Assembly (NCBI GenBank): GCA_031546705.1
Contig: JAVBJX010000005.1
Location: 20,992 to 84,991, forward strand
Length of the DNA stretch: 64,000 nucleotides
Direction: 5' to 3'
Source of the DNA: Bacillales bacterium
GTDB taxonomy: Bacteria; Bacillota; Bacilli; Bacillales; JAVBJX01
The position numbers and the translations under genes are program-made. Shown piece after piece: positions 1 through 9,646 of the stretch (positions are counted from its first letter, which is position 1; each line of letters starts with the position of its first letter). Below the pieces are notes generated by a model, which did no database searches, was not told the DNA's origin, and worked only from the letters and a program-made list of their open reading frames with translations.

Positions 1-4
1 CAAA

Positions 5-1447
5 ATGAACCGTGAACAATTTATAAGTGAGTTAACAAGTGGGATAGTGGTCTTACCAGAGCCAGAGAGAAGTGAAATTCTTGCTGATTACGAACAACAT
101 TTTCAACTCGGACGGACAGAAGGTAGAAGTGAAGAGGAAATTATAGCGGAACTAGGTTCTCCAGATTCGATTATTCAAGACATTATGGAAGGTTTTAAAG
201 AAATTGCTGATGTGTGGGAGAGAACAGAAACAGTTAGCAAAAAAGAAAATATTCTCATTACGAATACAAGAGATGGCGATTCATATGTGCAAACGATTGA
301 TGTAGAAAAAACGAAAATAATCACTACTACAGATGAAGAGCCATTTTCAAGTAAATCAAGTATATTACGCTTTACTTTCCCACATATTTTTGGCATGGGT
401 ATTCCGTTAAAAAAAAGCAAATCATTTGACGTTGCACAAATAGAAGTACTTGATATGAACATATGTAATTCGGATGTTCAGTTTGTGCCAACCGATGAAA
501 TGGTGATGGTGGTTGATTTTGTAGGGAAATATCGGAAAAGAAGTTTAGAGGGAATGGAGTTTCGAATGGAACAACAAAATGAAAAATTAATCATTGCATT
601 TGATCGTCATGTGGATGGTAAGTTACAAATTACTGTTCCAAGAAAGAAATTCCGAGAATTATTCTTAAAAACAACTAGTGGAAATGTGTCCATGAATGAA
701 ATGAAACTTCAAACAATGAACACAAAAACAGCATCAGGAGATTTGAAACTGAACAAACTGGAAGCAGAAGAAATGTTTCTTCATACAACATCAGGAGATA
801 TATCTGCACATACAATCCAAGCAAATAGCTATAAAGTCCGTACTACATCAGGTGATATAGAGATGAATCATATGGAAAGCAATAGTATGAATGTAGAAAC
901 AGCATCAGGAGATTTACAAGGAAATGAAATAAAAGCAATGGAGTGTACAATTCAAACAGCATCTGGGGGACTTACTATTCACACCATAGATGGAGAAAAA
1001 ATAAAATTTCAAACGGCGTCAGGAGATATGAAACTAACGAATGCAAATGCCGAAAATATCCAACTTCAAGCTACATCAGGTGACCTACGGGTGACGAAAA
1101 TTTGTGCAACAAAAACAAGATTCCAAACATCAACAGGAGATATACATGTGAAAGAAATGGAAGGAGACATAGAAATACATAGTGTTTCTGGAGATAGCAT
1201 TCTTTTCTTAAAAGAAATAGCTCAAAACGTATTAGCTAATTCTGTTAGTGGTGAAGTGAAAATAAATGTGGAGAAGTCCCCAGAGTCTCTTGATGTTCAG
1301 TTCCAAAGTCGCTCAGGAGAAAGCAATATTAAGATACCAATGGAGTTTCAAAAAAAATCGGATCATGAAGTTCGAGGGAAAATTGGTGAAGGTGAGTATA
1401 AGATAAAAGTTTCTACACTATCAGGCGATTTTAAATTACATGGATAA
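5..1447 (+). CDS. DUF1700 (HAAS-type) N-terminal domain fused to DUF4097-type beta-strand repeat domain; no TM segment seen
   Basis: 480-aa ORF. The N-terminus (REQFISEL..LPEPERSEILADYEQHF..GRSEEEIIAELGSP) carries the DUF1700 signature. The C-terminal two thirds hold more than 12 copies of a ~20-aa repeat centred on T(S/A)SGD(I/L), as in DUF4097/LiaG-like proteins. Confidence 0.75.
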   Translation: MNREQFISELTSGIVVLPEPERSEILADYEQHFQLGRTEGRSEEEIIAELGSPDSIIQDIMEGFKEIADVWERTETVSKKENILITNTRDGDSYVQTIDVEKTKIITTTDEEPFSSKSSILRFTFPHIFGMGIPLKKSKSFDVAQIEVLDMNICNSDVQFVPTDEMVMVVDFVGKYRKRSLEGMEFRMEQQNEKLIIAFDRHVDGKLQITVPRKKFRELFLKTTSGNVSMNEMKLQTMNTKTASGDLKLNKLEAEEMFLHTTSGDISAHTIQANSYKVRTTSGDIEMNHMESNSMNVETASGDLQGNEIKAMECTIQTASGGLTIHTIDGEKIKFQTASGDMKLTNANAENIQLQATSGDLRVTKICATKTRFQTSTGDIHVKEMEGDIEIHSVSGDSILFLKEIAQNVLANSVSGEVKINVEKSPESLDVQFQSRSGESNIKIPMEFQKKSDHEVRGKIGEGEYKIKVSTLSGDFKLHG

Positions 1448-1470
1448 GTCAAGGTTAGGGAGGATTTTTT

Positions 1471-2037
1471 ATGAATCAGAAACAGTTTTTGGATGAATTA
1501 CGCATCCATTTGCAAGAATTACCAGAGGCAGACTTACACGAGATTCTTTTAGATTACGAGGAACATTTCAATATTGGACATTCAGAAGGTAGAAGTGAAG
1601 AAGAAATTGTTGAAGAACTAGGCACACCAGCATCTATTGCGGAAGATATCTGGAATGAACGAGAGCAAGACAGAAATAGTTTTAAAGAAAATGAATATGT
1701 CCAAACAGAACCAATTTTTGGTCAAAGAAAAGCTTCTTCTTCGATTTTCAAAACGATAGCTAAATCTATCTTTGTGATTTTTCCACTCTCTATTTTGGCT
1801 ATTGTTTGTGGAAGTGTATTTATTTCTTTATCATTTGCTTCCGTTGTTTTAATACTAAGTTCAATTGCCCAACTCGGTGCAATTATTTTTGATGCAAGTA
1901 ATGCTTTCTTGAAAGTTTGTGTTTCTATGGTTGCAGGTGGATTAGGTGTTCTTTTGGGTGTAGCAATGATTCGTGTATGGCAGTTTTTCCGTACATTTAT
2001 GCGTAATCGTTCGGACGGAGGGAGGAAAATAGCATGA
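1471..2037 (+). CDS. DUF1700 family membrane protein
   Basis: SD GGGAGG upstream of the ATG. Same N-terminal signature (KQFLDELRIHLQELPEADLHEILLDYEEHF..GRSEEEIVEELGTP), followed by a hydrophobic C-terminal half. Confidence 0.75.
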   Translation: MNQKQFLDELRIHLQELPEADLHEILLDYEEHFNIGHSEGRSEEEIVEELGTPASIAEDIWNEREQDRNSFKENEYVQTEPIFGQRKASSSIFKTIAKSIFVIFPLSILAIVCGSVFISLSFASVVLILSSIAQLGAIIFDASNAFLKVCVSMVAGGLGVLLGVAMIRVWQFFRTFMRNRSDGGRKIA

Positions 2038-3023
2038 AAAATTTAGTTTCAGTAGCAGTCATCGTTGTTATTCTTGGAGCAGTTGGGATAGGCATATTTT
2101 TTGCCACAAATTCAATTGACTCTATTCTAAAAACAGTAGAAAGCAAAAAAGAGTTTGATGCATCACAAATTCATCATATAAAAGTGGAAACATCATCTGC
2201 ACATGTGAATGTATTACCTACAAAGGAAGAAAAAATTATTGTTGATTTTCATGGAAAAGGAACGGACAATTCCTTAAACAAAGAAAAACTTCATGCGGAA
2301 CAAAAAGAGGATACACTAAATATTTCCGTTGACTCTTCTTTCTCTATTGGTATTAGCTATAAAAGTGTAACGGTAGATGTGTATATTCCGAATAAACTAT
2401 TGGAGACTGTTCACCTTGAAACATCTAGTGCTGATATAAATGTAAAAGATTTGCACGCTAATATAGTAGAGTTAGAAACAAGTTCAGGAGATGTAACAGT
2501 AAAGAATTTGAACCAGACGCAAACTGGGTTTATGATGAATGATACTTCTACAAAAAAAATATCAGTATATACGAGTTCTGCTGATATAGACATGCAAAAT
2601 GTACAAACGGGTGACTTTGAAGCAGAAACAAGTTCGGGCGATATACATGTGGCTGATGTGTCATCAAGTCCAAGTCAACCAATGAAACTAACTTCTAAAT
2701 CTGGAGATGTTGAAGGAACTAATTTAAAAGGAGATATATCTGCCATAACAAGTTCAGGAGATATTACACTCACACTTCCATCTATTGAACAAAATATTTC
2801 TGCTGAAACATCTAGCGGTGATGTAGAGATTAACGCAAATAAAATTAACTTTCTAGTAGTAGACTTTACAGCTTCATCTGGTGATGGTGTAATAGATGAT
2901 GAATTTAAACTAACACCGTTAAAACAACCAGAAAATGAAATTCATGGAAGGATTGGCACAGTAGGCGATTACTATTTAAATGTAAAAACACGCTCAGGAA
3001 ATTTTGATATTGTAAAAAATTAA
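2034..3023 (+). CDS. Membrane-anchored DUF4097 (LiaG-like) repeat protein
   Basis: ATGA start/stop overlap with the upstream gene. SD GGAGGGAGG. N-terminal TM helix, then repeated ETSS(A/G)D(I/V) units. Confidence 0.75.
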   Translation: MKNLVSVAVIVVILGAVGIGIFFATNSIDSILKTVESKKEFDASQIHHIKVETSSAHVNVLPTKEEKIIVDFHGKGTDNSLNKEKLHAEQKEDTLNISVDSSFSIGISYKSVTVDVYIPNKLLETVHLETSSADINVKDLHANIVELETSSGDVTVKNLNQTQTGFMMNDTSTKKISVYTSSADIDMQNVQTGDFEAETSSGDIHVADVSSSPSQPMKLTSKSGDVEGTNLKGDISAITSSGDITLTLPSIEQNISAETSSGDVEINANKINFLVVDFTASSGDGVIDDEFKLTPLKQPENEIHGRIGTVGDYYLNVKTRSGNFDIVKN

Positions 3024-3244
3024 AAGAAAAACAGAAGAAACTCAAAAGGAAAAAACTTTCGAATGGGTTTCTTTCTATTGAACAAGACACGAGCAATTTA
3101 TAGCATTTCCTACTCTGATGATTTTTCAGAGAACACTGCAGCAACTCAGTCCTAAGACTTATACAGAATCAAGCGGAAGGGCGTTATGAAAAATGTGTTA
3201 TTCAAGTAAGATAATGACAGTTACAAAAGAAAAGGGGTTGGAAC

Positions 3245-6200
3245 ATGAGTTTTTTTACAAGATTTAGTTTGAAAAATGCCGTAGCTGTGCTTATTATTTC
3301 GGCATTATTAATTGCTGGGGGAGTGTATTCCTTTTCTAAATTGAAAGTGGATTTATTTCCAAATATTGAGTTTCCGATTGTATCAGTCGAATTTATTTAT
3401 CCAGGGGCTTCACCAACAGATATTGATACGGAAGTTATTTCTAAAGTAGAAAGTCAGTTAAAAGGTATTGAAGGCGTGAAGAGTATGACTTCTTCCATCG
3501 CTGAAAATGTTGGTTTTATTAACTTAGAATTTCCTTTTGATACCGATTTGGACAAGGTGGAAAGACAAGTAGATACGATTATTAAAGAAGCAAAAATTCC
3601 AGACAATGCCGAGTCAGCAGTTAATCGTTTTTCATTTAGTATGATGCCAATTTACAATATTTCTTTATTTGCTAAAGGAGATACGAATTTACAAGCATTC
3701 TTAAATGATACGGTTATTCCAGAACTAAAAAAAGTTAATGGTGTAAACTCTGTATCCGTTGGTGGAAAGAAAGCAGAACTACTAGAAATCACCGTTGATA
3801 AAGACAAATTAGGGCAAGCGGGACTCAGTCTTTCACAAGTGAAAGAGCAAATTAACGAGAAATTTTTATCGTTCCCAGTTGGAGCAATGACAAGTAATTC
3901 AATGAAAATTCCTGTACGGGTGCAAGAAAAAATTGAAACGATTGATAAACTAAAAAATCTGCCACTATCATCACCAATTCCAAATGCAAAACCAGTGAAA
4001 TTAAGTGATGTAGCAATAATTGAAACAATCACAAAACAAACAGATTTAACTCGTTACAATCTCAAAGAATCTTTATCTATGGCAATTACAAAGAAACAAG
4101 ATGCCAATACAGTAGAAATATCTGAAAAAGTTATTGAAGTATTAGACAAATATAGTGACAAAATGAGTTACGCAATCGGGCTTGATTCAGCAAAGGAAAT
4201 TAAATCATCTGTTGATACATTAATGCGTGAAGGGTTACTAGGAGCATTATTTGCTTCACTTGCCGTACTCATCTTTTTACGAAACTTTAGAGCAACAATT
4301 ATTGCTATCATTTCGATTCCAATGTCTTTACTTATCTCAACGATTTTCTTACATCAATTAGATATTTCATTAAATATGATGACTCTTGGTGGGATGGCAG
4401 TTGCTGTTGGTCGAGTGGTCGATGACTCGATTGTTGTTATTGAAAATATTTTTAGACGGATTCGTAAATCAAAAGATGGTTTAAATAATGAGCTTATTCT
4501 CGATTCAACAAAAGAAATTTTACAAGCGATTACGTCATCAACGATTACAACTGTTGTCGTATTTTTACCACTCGGACTTGTTGGTGGACTTACAGGAAAA
4601 TTCTTTATGCCATTTGCTTTAACAATTGTTTTCTCCCTACTTGCTTCCTTACTTGTAGCGATTACGATTGTGCCAATTTTGGCTAGATTTTCATTCACTA
4701 AAGTGCCACCCGATGAAAAAGAAGGCACACTACAACTCACGTATGCCAAAGCAATTACGTGGTCATTACGTCATAAAGCAATCGTTTTAGTTTCATCTAT
4801 TGCCTTACTTGTTGGCTCATTCGCCATTGTTCCATCACTAGGATTTACGTTCATTCCGAATGAGGAACTAAAAACATTTACAGCAAGTATTCAATTACCA
4901 GCAGCAACAACGCTAGAAAAAACAAATGAAACTTCCTTAAAAGTAGAACAAATGCTAGATAAAGAGCCAGAAATTGCTGAAGTAACTGCAAGTATTGGCG
5001 GACGTGATCCAGCTACTTATGTTCCAAGTGAAAGTCAATCTAACTACTTTATTAATGTAAAAGAGGGAACAAAACTTACCGAATATCTTGCTACTCTTGG
5101 AAAGAAAATAGAAGACATCGCAGGAAATGGTGCAAAAGTTTCCTTGCAAGAACTACAAAATGGACCACCATCAAACAGTAATGTCACAATTGATTTGTAT
5201 TCTACCGATTTAGATGCACTACAAAAATCAGCAAAAGAAGTAGAAGAGTATCTACAAAAACGTGATGATTTGAAATATGTAACAAATAATTTCTCTGAGA
5301 AACAAAAACAACTTATTGTTAATATTGACCCAGAAAAAGCAGCTAAATACGGTGTATCAGGTTTCCAAATTCTAGGAACAATTGCTGACCAAACAAAAGC
5401 GGTTGATATGGGCATCTTAAAACTTGATGGAAAAGAAAGAACGGTTCAACTAGCTTATAATAAAGATGTAACATCGAAAAAACAACTAGAAGACACAATG
5501 ATTTTCACCAAGCTCGGACCAGTTAAAGTAACTGAAATGGCAACCATTGAAGAAGCAAATATCTTTACATCGATTCAAAAAAATGATGGAAAAGTATTTG
5601 CCCAAGTCACAGGTCAAGTGATTGGAAATGATGTGCAAGCAACCACAACGAAAGTCATTGAAGCTGTGAAAAATGATATTAAGCTACCAAGCAACGTTTC
5701 ATTTGAAGGTGGTGGCGGTAGTGACGAAACAATGGAGATGTTCCAGCAATTAGCAATGGCAATGGCAATTGCAGTTGGACTTGTCTACATCACAATGCTT
5801 GTAGCATTTGGTAAAGCAAGAATTCCATTTATTATTCTTTCATCACTAATCTTCGTGCCAATTGGCTCATTGCTTGGATTGTTCCTAGCAGGTGAACCAA
5901 TGTCAGTCAGTGTGATGATTGGACTCTTAATGCTAATAGGAATTGTAACAACCAATGCAATTGTATTAGTTGATAGAATCGGACAAAATCGTGAGAAAAA
6001 AGGAATGAAAATTCATGATGCACTTGTGGAAGCAGGGAAAACTCGTTTGCGTCCGATTTTAATGACGGCATTTGCAACGATTGCTGCACTCATTCCGCTT
6101 GCTTTAAGTTCATCATCTGGAACTTTAATTTCTAAAGGGCTGGCAATTACTGTTATTGGCGGATTAACTTCTTCCACATTATTAACACTGATTATTATTC

Positions 6201-6256
6201 CAGTTGTGTATGAGTTATTTTTCTTTCGTCAAGTGAAGAAAGAGAGATTAAAATAG
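3245..6256 (+). CDS. RND-family efflux transporter (AcrB/SwrC-like), 12-TM type
   Basis: 1003-aa ORF with good SD. Typical RND N-terminus (FTRFSLKNAVAVLIISALLIAGGVYS..L.VDLFPNIEFP) and two hydrophobic blocks separated by large soluble loops. Confidence 0.85.
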   Translation: MSFFTRFSLKNAVAVLIISALLIAGGVYSFSKLKVDLFPNIEFPIVSVEFIYPGASPTDIDTEVISKVESQLKGIEGVKSMTSSIAENVGFINLEFPFDTDLDKVERQVDTIIKEAKIPDNAESAVNRFSFSMMPIYNISLFAKGDTNLQAFLNDTVIPELKKVNGVNSVSVGGKKAELLEITVDKDKLGQAGLSLSQVKEQINEKFLSFPVGAMTSNSMKIPVRVQEKIETIDKLKNLPLSSPIPNAKPVKLSDVAIIETITKQTDLTRYNLKESLSMAITKKQDANTVEISEKVIEVLDKYSDKMSYAIGLDSAKEIKSSVDTLMREGLLGALFASLAVLIFLRNFRATIIAIISIPMSLLISTIFLHQLDISLNMMTLGGMAVAVGRVVDDSIVVIENIFRRIRKSKDGLNNELILDSTKEILQAITSSTITTVVVFLPLGLVGGLTGKFFMPFALTIVFSLLASLLVAITIVPILARFSFTKVPPDEKEGTLQLTYAKAITWSLRHKAIVLVSSIALLVGSFAIVPSLGFTFIPNEELKTFTASIQLPAATTLEKTNETSLKVEQMLDKEPEIAEVTASIGGRDPATYVPSESQSNYFINVKEGTKLTEYLATLGKKIEDIAGNGAKVSLQELQNGPPSNSNVTIDLYSTDLDALQKSAKEVEEYLQKRDDLKYVTNNFSEKQKQLIVNIDPEKAAKYGVSGFQILGTIADQTKAVDMGILKLDGKERTVQLAYNKDVTSKKQLEDTMIFTKLGPVKVTEMATIEEANIFTSIQKNDGKVFAQVTGQVIGNDVQATTTKVIEAVKNDIKLPSNVSFEGGGGSDETMEMFQQLAMAMAIAVGLVYITMLVAFGKARIPFIILSSLIFVPIGSLLGLFLAGEPMSVSVMIGLLMLIGIVTTNAIVLVDRIGQNREKKGMKIHDALVEAGKTRLRPILMTAFATIAALIPLALSSSSGTLISKGLAITVIGGLTSSTLLTLIIIPVVYELFFFRQVKKERLK

Positions 6257-6265
6257 TATCTAAGA

Positions 6266-6301
6266 AATCGTTTGCCTATAAAAAGGTGAACGATTTTTTT
6301 G
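6266..6301 (+). terminator. Putative intrinsic terminator after the RND gene
   Basis: AATCGTT..AACGATT 7-bp stem with a 16-nt loop, followed by a T-run. Confidence 0.45.
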
Positions 6302-6402
6302 TGGAAAAATTTGAGGATATTTTGTTGATATTATTTTTCTTTATGATATTATTTAGTTAAATACTTAATTAACTAATCATTGAATTGAAAGAGGTGATTT
6401 AT

Positions 6403-6663
6403 TTGAATGAAACATTTAAAGCATTATCTGATCCGACACGAAGAAAAATTCTTGAACTATTAAAAGAAAGTGATTTAACAGCTGGAGAAATTCATGAACA
6501 TTTTGATATGTCTAAGCCAAGTATTTCGCAACACTTAAAAATTCTTAAAAACGCTAGACTTGTTCATGACATCAAAAAGGGGCAGTTTGTGTGTTATTCC
6601 ATTAACACAACTGTACTTCAAGATTTAATTGGCTGGGCATATTCTGTTTCTAAATCAGAATAA
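6403..6663 (+). CDS. ArsR/SdpR-family winged-helix transcriptional repressor
   Basis: FKALSDPTRRKILELL..GEI...F.MSKPSISQHLKIL motif. I prefer the TTG at 6403 (6 nt after GAGGTG) over the track start at 6385. Confidence 0.8.
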   Translation: MNETFKALSDPTRRKILELLKESDLTAGEIHEHFDMSKPSISQHLKILKNARLVHDIKKGQFVCYSINTTVLQDLIGWAYSVSKSE

Positions 6664-6696
6664 AAAGAATCTAATACCTAAAAAGGAGAAATTAAG

Positions 6697-7335
6697 ATGA
6701 AAAAACATATTTTACCATTACTAATGATTATTACTTCATTCATTATGTGGGCATTTTTCTATAACAAATTACCTGCCGAGTTGCCAACTCATTGGAATGC
6801 AAGCGGTGAAGCGGATGGGTTTTCTTCCAAACTTACAACTTTTTTTATGTCTAATGGCATGATGGTTTTGATGTATGTTATGTTTCTGATTCTACCAAAA
6901 ATTGATCCGAAAAAGATAAATTACAAGTATTTTTCTAAAGGATATTCAAGCATTGTCATTGGGATTATGATTTTGTTTTTTGCGATTAATCTTGGAACTA
7001 TCTACATTGGTTTGGGGCATGAATTGAAAATGGAGCGTTTGATTGTTATTTTAATCGGTGTGTTATTTTTATTTGTTGGAAATTATATGCAACAAGTGAA
7101 ATCGAATTATTTTATGGGGATTCGTACACCATGGACATTAAGTAACGAAACCGTTTGGAACAAGACACATCGAGTAGGTTCAAAAGTATTTATGATTGCG
7201 GGGATTTTGATAATGGTGACAGTTTTCTTACCACCAAGCATGATGATATGGGCGATTATTACAATTGCTTTTCTTATGTCAGCTATACCAATTGTTTATT
7301 CTTATGTTTTGTATAAGAAAATTACTACAGAGTAG
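6697..7335 (+). CDS. SdpI/YhfL-family membrane (immunity-type) protein with DUF1648-like N-terminus
   Basis: 212 aa, multi-TM. LP..LPTHWNASGEADGF N-terminal motif and NY.MGIRTPWTL..E.VW..THR motif typical of the SdpI family. Directly follows an SdpR-like gene. Confidence 0.75.
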   Translation: MKKHILPLLMIITSFIMWAFFYNKLPAELPTHWNASGEADGFSSKLTTFFMSNGMMVLMYVMFLILPKIDPKKINYKYFSKGYSSIVIGIMILFFAINLGTIYIGLGHELKMERLIVILIGVLFLFVGNYMQQVKSNYFMGIRTPWTLSNETVWNKTHRVGSKVFMIAGILIMVTVFLPPSMMIWAIITIAFLMSAIPIVYSYVLYKKITTE

Positions 7336-7364
7336 ATCCTTCTTTCAGTGAAATAAAAAAAAAA

Positions 7365-7408
7365 GCAGTTATTTCTAGGCGTAGTGCTTAGAAGGTAACT
7401 GCTTTTTT
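7365..7408 (+). terminator. Intrinsic terminator after the sdpI-like gene
   Basis: Long imperfect stem GCAGTTATTTCTAGG..CTTAGAAGGTAACTGC followed by TTTTTT. Confidence 0.7.
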
Positions 7409-7523
7409 ATTTATAAATCAAATTATTTGTTTTTTTGCGAAATAACAACGTGAATACAACTTAATTCTGCTATAATTCATATAACGAAATATATAAACCA
7501 TTCGTTGAAATGGGGCGTTTCAT

Positions 7524-8243
7524 ATGACAAAAATTGCTTTGTGTGATGATAATCAACAATTTATGAAAAATATATCAGAACTAATCCATGATTGTATGAA
7601 GCAAGAAAAAATTAAAGTGAAATTATATTTATTTAACAGCGGAACAAACTTAATAAATGCCTATAAACAAACTGGAAATCTATTTGATATTGTACTTTTG
7701 GATATTGATATGCCAGATATGAATGGAATGGAAACAGCAAAATATATTCGTCAGTATGATGACCAGTGTATGTTAATATTTCTTACGTCTATGGACGATC
7801 AAGTGTATAAAGTATTTGAATTTAATACATTTCGCTTTATACGGAAAAAGTATTATGAAAAAGAACTACATGCTGCACTTTTGGATGCAATTAAATGTTT
7901 GGAAGAGAAAGAGATTAAGTATGAATTCAAAACAAAAGACGAAGTTGTCAAACTATCTACGAACGAAATATTGTATTTTGAGATGGTCAATAGAAATGTG
8001 GAAATGCATACTTTGCATCGGCCATATACACTTACAATGTCTATTTTCAAAGAAATATCGGATAAGTTTTCCGATAAAGGTTTTGTTAGTGTCTATAAAG
8101 GTGCTTTAGTAAATTTGAGATATATAAAAAGTGTAAAAAAGATGCAGATTGAGTTGGATAATGGGGAAGTTTTGGGTGTATCAAGACAAAGAATGGCGGA
8201 TGTGAAGAGAGCTTTTTTTGAGTTTGAAAGAGGTGAGTTTTGA
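7524..8243 (+). CDS. agrA: LytTR-family response regulator (AgrA-like)
   Basis: N-terminal receiver (IALCDDN..VLLDIDMPDMNG..IFLTS) and a C-terminal LytTR-type domain (..ILYFE...R.V..HT......SI.E....L....F...YKGALVNL..I). Confidence 0.8.
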   Translation: MTKIALCDDNQQFMKNISELIHDCMKQEKIKVKLYLFNSGTNLINAYKQTGNLFDIVLLDIDMPDMNGMETAKYIRQYDDQCMLIFLTSMDDQVYKVFEFNTFRFIRKKYYEKELHAALLDAIKCLEEKEIKYEFKTKDEVVKLSTNEILYFEMVNRNVEMHTLHRPYTLTMSIFKEISDKFSDKGFVSVYKGALVNLRYIKSVKKMQIELDNGEVLGVSRQRMADVKRAFFEFERGEF

Positions 8244-9547
8244 TGACTTTATTTTATCTTTCTTTTGAATATATTTTTGGTTTGCTAGAGTTTTTACTGT
8301 TGTATATGTTTTTCAGTTCTATTTTTCAAAAATATGACAGGCTAAAATCGTACTGGTATTTTCTAGTAATTTTTGGGATGTCAATTACTGTATTTTTAAT
8401 GTCTTCTATTCAGTTGTATTCGGTATATAAAAGTATAATAAGTACGATTTTAATGATTCTCTATTCCTTTTTATTTGATACTACTATAAAAAACCGCTTC
8501 TTTTATAGCTTTATGTTTATTGCAGTGCAAGTATTGTGCGAATTAACGATTATCCAATCCACCATATATTTTCTTGGAAACACAAGTGATAAATTAATTA
8601 TGAATATGACGATGGATCGAATAGTATTGACGTTTATTATTAAAACAGTCATGTTTATTTTGTTGAAATTAATTAGTGAATCAGTCACAAGAACAAATGA
8701 AATGTTACCAAAAAAATATTGGTTTCTTGTATTTGGATTATTTATTATTACAACAATTAATATGTTAGTTGTATTTGATATGAGTTTAAAAATCAAAGAA
8801 GAATCCCAAACTTCGCTATATCTAGTATTTATGTGTGCAAGTTTACTGATGATTGATATAGTGGTATACACCATGTTTGTTAAACTAAACACCTATTATT
8901 ACAATCAACAAATAGCGAATATGACAGCCATGCAATACAAGGCTACAGAGCAACATTTCATAGCAATAAAATTGTACAATGATGAAATGAGAAAAATCCA
9001 CCATGATTTCAATAATCATATCCAGTGTATGACAATTCTTATTCAAAATCAAAAAAATGAGGATTTGATAGATTATATTTTTGCACTGAAAGAGGGGTAT
9101 GAAAGAATACCAACTATTATAAGAACAGGAAATGAAATTGTGGATGCTGTGTTAAATCAAAAGAAAGTACAAGCTGAACAGAACCACATTGATTTTCAAG
9201 TGAAGGCGGTAGTTTCACCTGACATGAAGATAAACTCTACTGATTTAAGTGCATTATTATTTAATAGTTTAGATAATGCCATAGAAGCTAATCTAAAGAT
9301 TGCTAACAAAGATCAAAGAATGATAAAAATAAATATCGCTCCAAAAAAAGGCTATCTATATATTGATGTGACAAACTCTATGGTTACTTCAAAAAATTTT
9401 ACATTCCAAACAAGTAAATCGGATAAAAAAACTCATGGTTTAGGTTTAAAAATCATGAAAAACATTACAAAAAAATATAATGGCGACATTCATCATAAGA
9501 TAGAAGATGATGTTGTTATCCTGTCCATAGCTATTGAAATACTTTAA
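8243..9547 (+). CDS. agrC: Multi-TM GHKL sensor histidine kinase, HPK10/AgrC-like
   Basis: TGATG overlap with the regulator gene. Six or seven N-terminal TM helices. H-box KIHHDFNNH typical of AgrC-type kinases. C-terminal N-box and G-box (NSLDNAIEA ... KKTHGLGLKI). Confidence 0.8.
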   Translation: MTLFYLSFEYIFGLLEFLLLYMFFSSIFQKYDRLKSYWYFLVIFGMSITVFLMSSIQLYSVYKSIISTILMILYSFLFDTTIKNRFFYSFMFIAVQVLCELTIIQSTIYFLGNTSDKLIMNMTMDRIVLTFIIKTVMFILLKLISESVTRTNEMLPKKYWFLVFGLFIITTINMLVVFDMSLKIKEESQTSLYLVFMCASLLMIDIVVYTMFVKLNTYYYNQQIANMTAMQYKATEQHFIAIKLYNDEMRKIHHDFNNHIQCMTILIQNQKNEDLIDYIFALKEGYERIPTIIRTGNEIVDAVLNQKKVQAEQNHIDFQVKAVVSPDMKINSTDLSALLFNSLDNAIEANLKIANKDQRMIKINIAPKKGYLYIDVTNSMVTSKNFTFQTSKSDKKTHGLGLKIMKNITKKYNGDIHHKIEDDVVILSIAIEIL

Positions 9548-9560
9548 ATTTACCAATTTG

Positions 9561-9611
9561 ACAAAAAAACATACCAGTTCCACAAAAATCGACATAATAA
9601 ACAAATAATAT
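9561..9611 (+). promoter_or_regulatory. Candidate LytTR (AgrA-type) direct repeats overlapping the -35 position of a putative agrBD promoter
   Basis: ACAAAAA at 9561-9567 and again at 9582-9588, a 21-bp period. TAATAT -10 candidate at 9606-9611, 17 nt after the second repeat. Confidence 0.3.
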
Positions 9612-9646
9612 GTTACGCTTTCAACAAGTAAACGAGGTGTTTGAAA

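Noticed and set aside
175-462. Minus-strand ORF inside the DUF1700/DUF4097 gene. The same applies to the many other 60-130-aa shadow ORFs in the track, for example 2411-2593, 2905-3144, 3652-4032, 4354-4749, 5044-5415, 8503-8892, 17273-17533, 17765-18088, 20775-21044, 21150-21467, 40851-41300, 45049-45438, 54122-54505 and 61685-61972.
   Set aside because: They lie entirely inside longer ORFs that have clear family motifs. They lack SD sequences and have low-complexity or odd composition, so they are frame shadows of AT-rich coding DNA.
700-1450. Periodic ACATCAGGAGAT/GCATCAGGAGAT motifs; checked as a possible CRISPR or tandem DNA repeat.
   Set aside because: They are the codons of the TSGD/ASGD protein repeat. 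The spacing is variable and the sequence between them is coding and in-frame.
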